DNA of 64,000 bases, from contig CBDCVK010000010.1 of the NCBI GenBank assembly GCA_965223005.1, positions 960,001 through 1,024,000 of the forward strand, given 5' to 3'. The translations under genes were made by a program, and so were the position numbers. Each line of letters opens with the position of its first letter. Position 1 is the first letter of the stretch. The stretch is from Terriglobia bacterium (GTDB lineage Bacteria; Acidobacteriota; Terriglobia; JAJPHL01; JAPKYU01). The notes under the pieces are model-generated. The model searched no databases, had not been told where the DNA came from, and saw only the letters and a list, made by a program, of their open reading frames with translations. Shown here piece by piece: positions 60,393-64,000 of the stretch.

Positions 60393-60655
60393 TCGGTGAA
60401 CTCCACCTGCTGCCCGAGCTCCTGGATCAGGGCGTCGGCCACTTCTTCGGCGGTGCCCGGCCGTTCCTGTTTCGGCGTCCAGTTCCACTGATTCAGATAG
60501 TCGTCGGTGCCGGCCAAGCCTTCCCTCATGGCGATCTTGTCAATCTCTTCCTGGAACCGGCCGGGCATGGGCCGCGACAGAGTTCTCTGGCCCTCGGCGG
60601 ACACCTTCACCTGCGCCGGGATATGCTTCCAGTAGAGGATCTGGTATTTCGCCAT
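60389..60655 (-). CDS. Virulence-factor-family small protein found in B12 methyltransferase clusters
   Basis: ILYWKHIPAQV, RFQEEIDKIAM, DDYL.QW. Confidence 0.85.
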   Translation of the reverse strand: MAKYQILYWKHIPAQVKVSAEGQRTLSRPMPGRFQEEIDKIAMREGLAGTDDYLNQWNWTPKQERPGTAEEVADALIQELGQQVEFTE

Positions 60656-60663
60656 ATGTTTCC

Positions 60664-61716
60664 CTACCCAGCGGTGACGGGCTCCAGTTCCCCCTTGCGG
60701 TAGGCGCGGAGGAAGTTCTTACAGTTCCGGTCGTGCCCTGTCAGCATGTCCTGGGCCAGCTGATAGGGCCGGGAACTCTTGTCTGCCGAGAACACCCGGT
60801 TCAGATCGTTGCCCACGGGGTCCACGATGCCGCTGTCGGCGCCTGCTTCCACGGAGAGATTGATGAACGCCTCGTTGATCAACCGGCGGCAAGGGAGGCC
60901 GAACGACACGTTGCTCAAGCCGCCCGTCAGGTGAATCTTCTCGCCGTACTTCTCACGCAGCTGGCGGATCGCCTCCAGGTAATGGTTTCCGAACTGACCG
61001 TCCACCGAGATGGGGAAGACCAGGCCGTCCACATAAAGGTCCTCAATGGGGAGGCTCTTAGCCAGGGCGGTATCGATCACCTGGGAAGCGTTGGCCACTC
61101 GCTCCTCGGTGTTTTGGGGCATGCCGCTGGAGCCAGAGGCCGTGACGATCACCGACAGGTTGCGCTCCCGGGCCAGGTCCAGTGCCTCCAGCCGTTCCAG
61201 CGAGGCGGAGTTCAGCATGGCCCGGCCTGTGCTCCCCGAGCAGGCCTGAATGCCGGCGCGAATGGTGTCCAGATTGGAGGAATCAATCGAGAGCGGCACC
61301 GGCGCCAGCGGTTCGATGGCGCGCACCAGCCAGCGCATCGCTTCGAACTGTTTGTCCGGGTAGAGGGAGACCTCGTCCACGTTCAAGTCCAGGAAGTCCG
61401 CGCCGCCTTTGAGCTGCCGCGTCATCAGCGCGCGCAGGTACTCCATTCCTTCGGTGGCGGCGGGCTCGCCGCCCGACATGGCCGCCCTCACCGCGATGGC
61501 CACGTGCTTGACGCGCCCCTCCTCATAGTCCTGCTGGCTCTTGACCTGTTCCGGGATGATCAGGTAGCGGGTTTCTCCGCTCGCGCTGGTGTAGCGGACC
61601 GCCTCCTCACCGCTGGGAGTGGTGGTGACTAGCTTGCCAGCGCGGCGCAAGACGCGGGTCGTGTGGATGTTTTCCCCGATGACAACGAATTCCTTGTTCA
61701 AGTCTTGAGGTTTCAT
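60664..61716 (-). CDS. Pterin-binding methyl-THF:corrinoid methyltransferase (AcsE / MetH pterin domain-like)
   Basis: VIGENI, FLDLNVD, PLSIDSS, MLNS, YVD.LV.P, GGLSNVSFGLP.R. Confidence 0.88.
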   Translation of the reverse strand: MKPQDLNKEFVVIGENIHTTRVLRRAGKLVTTTPSGEEAVRYTSASGETRYLIIPEQVKSQQDYEEGRVKHVAIAVRAAMSGGEPAATEGMEYLRALMTRQLKGGADFLDLNVDEVSLYPDKQFEAMRWLVRAIEPLAPVPLSIDSSNLDTIRAGIQACSGSTGRAMLNSASLERLEALDLARERNLSVIVTASGSSGMPQNTEERVANASQVIDTALAKSLPIEDLYVDGLVFPISVDGQFGNHYLEAIRQLREKYGEKIHLTGGLSNVSFGLPCRRLINEAFINLSVEAGADSGIVDPVGNDLNRVFSADKSSRPYQLAQDMLTGHDRNCKNFLRAYRKGELEPVTAG

Positions 61717-63260
61717 TGTTCCTTTGGTTTCTTAGGGGCGTTATGGTCCCGCTCGAGGAAGGCATTGGCCCAGGCGCTGGTGCCTCGCAGCGCTCCATTG
61801 CGGAAGACCACGGGCCGGTCGAGCATCTGCTCCTCCTCGCCATAGGCCTTCAGACGCTGGTAGGCGCGGCTCCAGATGCACTCCTTCTCCCCGACTTCGC
61901 ACAGGCCCTGCCGCGTTCCTCCGCAGGGACCGTTGCGTTGGTTCTTCACGCATTGCGACTCGGGACAGAGGTAGGCGATGTCCGGGAGGGAGCAGTCGCC
62001 GCAGTCCTGACAGTCGAAGGCTAGGATTTTGAATGCGTGCTCGGCCGTGTGCAGCGCCTTGCGTATCCGCGGCGATCCCTCCACCGACTGGTAGAGCGCC
62101 TTTCCCGCCCGGAACCCCGAGGAGCCCTGCTCGAATAGCTCCCCGTGCACCAGGCGGTTGAGCCGGTAGGAGAGCGGCGCGCCGGCCGGCGAGGCTTTCG
62201 AGCGTAAGTACTCGCGGTTGACCTCCGAGGAACTGAGGCCCGTCTTTGGATCGGGCTCAAAGTAGTAGAACTCGTCAGGCTGGGCGAAACGAATCTGGCG
62301 GGCAAACTCCTTCCAGTCATTGTCGCCGAAGCTGTCCCAGATCTGGAGGATCCGCTCGTAGTCTTCGAACCGCAGATGCCCCCCCAGGTAGACCCCCCGA
62401 TAGCCGAGTCCCCGGGCGATGGCGCACTGCTTGGCGGCGAACTCCAGGAAGAATGCCTTGCCCTTGTCGGGCGAGGCTCCCTGCTCCTCGGCCAGCCCCA
62501 GCAGTTCATCGGTGATCACGGCGCCGGGAATCCGGCCAGCGTGAAAGAAGCGTGAGGCGGGGGTGCTGAGGACGTAGACATTGCACAGAACGGGCACCTG
62601 GAGTCCCTTCAGCGCCATGTAGCGCAGTAACTCATCCTGCTTTCGCGCGTCGTAGCCGATCTGGTTGATGATGAAGCGGGCGCCGGCCTCGACCTTCTTG
62701 GCCAGCTTAAAGTACTGCGGCATCACCTCGCCCTCATAGCGCTTGTGGTTGTTCACCACCGCGCCGAGGAAAAATTTGGTCCCCTCCATGTGGGAGTACA
62801 TTTGCAGCAAACCGACCGAATCCGTGTCAAAGACAGGGGCGGCCTGGCCCTGGTAGCCGGTCACCGGGTAGTCACCGGACAGCGTCAGCACATTGTGGAA
62901 GCCTTCGCTCGCCAACTTCCAGCCGCGGCTCTCCAGCGCGTTGCGGTTCCAATCCTTGCAAGAGAGGTGAATGATGACCTCCTGGCCGCGGGAGATCAGG
63001 TCGGTGCCCAAGGTGTCAGCGCTAAGCATCGCGCTCCCGCCCGGGTTGTCCGTGATGCTGAGGGCATGGAAGCGCGGATGCTCGGCCAGCAACCGCGCCA
63101 TTTCCAGAACGCGGCGGCCGCTGCGCTCGATGATCAGACCGCGGGAAGTCACCAGCTCGACCACAATGAGGAAGCTGGAGGTTTCCTCCATCTGGTAGCG
63201 GAACGTTCGCTTGCTCCAGGCACCGGAAGTTGGCCGCGTGGGCCCGGGAGATGCGCTCAC
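61713..63260 (-). CDS. metF: Methylenetetrahydrofolate reductase fused to C-terminal MetV-like Cys-rich domain
   Basis: ITDNP, HLSCKDWNR, LSGDYP, KK.EAGA.FII.Q; CQDCGDC...CPESQC.KNQRNGPCGG...CEV...CIW. Confidence 0.88.
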   Translation of the reverse strand: MSASPGPTRPTSGAWSKRTFRYQMEETSSFLIVVELVTSRGLIIERSGRRVLEMARLLAEHPRFHALSITDNPGGSAMLSADTLGTDLISRGQEVIIHLSCKDWNRNALESRGWKLASEGFHNVLTLSGDYPVTGYQGQAAPVFDTDSVGLLQMYSHMEGTKFFLGAVVNNHKRYEGEVMPQYFKLAKKVEAGARFIINQIGYDARKQDELLRYMALKGLQVPVLCNVYVLSTPASRFFHAGRIPGAVITDELLGLAEEQGASPDKGKAFFLEFAAKQCAIARGLGYRGVYLGGHLRFEDYERILQIWDSFGDNDWKEFARQIRFAQPDEFYYFEPDPKTGLSSSEVNREYLRSKASPAGAPLSYRLNRLVHGELFEQGSSGFRAGKALYQSVEGSPRIRKALHTAEHAFKILAFDCQDCGDCSLPDIAYLCPESQCVKNQRNGPCGGTRQGLCEVGEKECIWSRAYQRLKAYGEEEQMLDRPVVFRNGALRGTSAWANAFLERDHNAPKKPKEQ

Positions 63261-64000
63261 GGCTTCCCTCCGAACGCCGCAGGCATGGGCTTAAACTGGC
63301 AGCCCTCGACAAAGACGTCAAAAAAGTCGGGGGTCGTTTCCAGCTCAATGTGCTCGATGCCTTTGACCAGTTCCTCGATGGCGCGGCGCTTGCGCCGCGA
63401 CAGCAGGATCTGCCGCGCTCCGGCCACCGCGGCGTTGCCTACCTTGACGACGCGATCCTCGGGCACCGGCGCCAGGAACCCGATCTCGACGGCATGGCCC
63501 ACGTTGACGTAATTCGCGAAACCACCGGCCAGGTACAGCCGGCTGATGTCAGCCGGACGCACACCGAACCGGCGCAAGGCGATGTACTGGCCGCAGTAAT
63601 TGGCGGCTTTGGCCTGCGCCAGGTTGCTGGCGTCTTGCCGCGAGAAGGTGATGCCCTGCTCGGGCACGATGGGGAGCTCGTACTGCTTCTTGGCAAAGAC
63701 GCCTTTCGGCGTCATCAGCCCATGCCGGCGCAGCTCGGCGAGTAGATCGATCAGACCCGAGCCGCAGATTCCCTTCGGCGCGGCGTTGCCGATGGTCTGG
63801 TAGTCCCAGGTATTGCCGCTCAGCCGCAGCGCCTCGATGGCTCCGTCGCCGGCGGTCATGCCGTACTTGATGAGCCCACCCTCAAAGGCTGGACCCGCCG
63901 GGCAGGAAGTGGCCAAAAGCCGGCCGGCATGGCCCACCACTACCTCTGTATTGGTGCCCACATCCACCAACATGACCGGGTCGCGTTGGGAGGCGATATC
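63257..64000 (-). CDS. ASKHA-type reductive activator of corrinoid proteins (RACo/RamA, DUF4445), 5'-truncated
   Basis: DVGTNTE, SCPAGPAFEGG, GICGSG, LAGGF, GNAA..GA; frame open to the window edge. Confidence 0.92.
   Translation of the reverse strand, partial: DIASQRDPVMLVDVGTNTEVVVGHAGRLLATSCPAGPAFEGGLIKYGMTAGDGAIEALRLSGNTWDYQTIGNAAPKGICGSGLIDLLAELRRHGLMTPKGVFAKKQYELPIVPEQGITFSRQDASNLAQAKAANYCGQYIALRRFGVRPADISRLYLAGGFANYVNVGHAVEIGFLAPVPEDRVVKVGNAAVAGARQILLSRRKRRAIEELVKGIEHIELETTPDFFDVFVEGCQFKPMPAAFGGKP

Overview
GC-rich bacterial chromosome segment, most likely Acidobacteriota (Terriglobia-like). This is inferred from conserved hypothetical genes and repeat types, not from an rRNA marker. 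It is mostly core and housekeeping genes: ruvC (partial), hslVU, K+-independent H+-PPase, groES-groEL with a CIRCE-like operator, rsmD-recG, gltX, a CcdA/TlpA/DsbD-N redox cluster, pcrA/uvrD, add, serA with a class V aminotransferase, yqeY, an OPT transporter and a cyclophilin. I found no rRNA, tRNA, CRISPR array, integrase or transposase. Most notable observations: (1) a cyclic-di-GMP locus whose GAF/HD-GYP gene is interrupted by an in-frame TAG and a self-complementary 57-bp insertion ending in a second in-frame TAG, next to an internally deleted small gene; (2) a sigma54 activator and a pseudo-receiver/HisKA-only gene, each preceded by a -24/-12 motif and paired TCCC-N5-GGRA boxes; (3) a corrinoid/methyl-THF methyl-transfer operon (RACo/RamA-like, MetF fused to a MetV-like domain, AcsE-like, small virulence-factor-family protein) running off the right edge; (4) many short tandem duplications and heptamer repeats, some inside coding sequence; (5) several apparently leaderless genes and an uncalled 53-aa highly basic protein after pcrA. 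All family assignments come from recognising motifs by eye; no searches were run.
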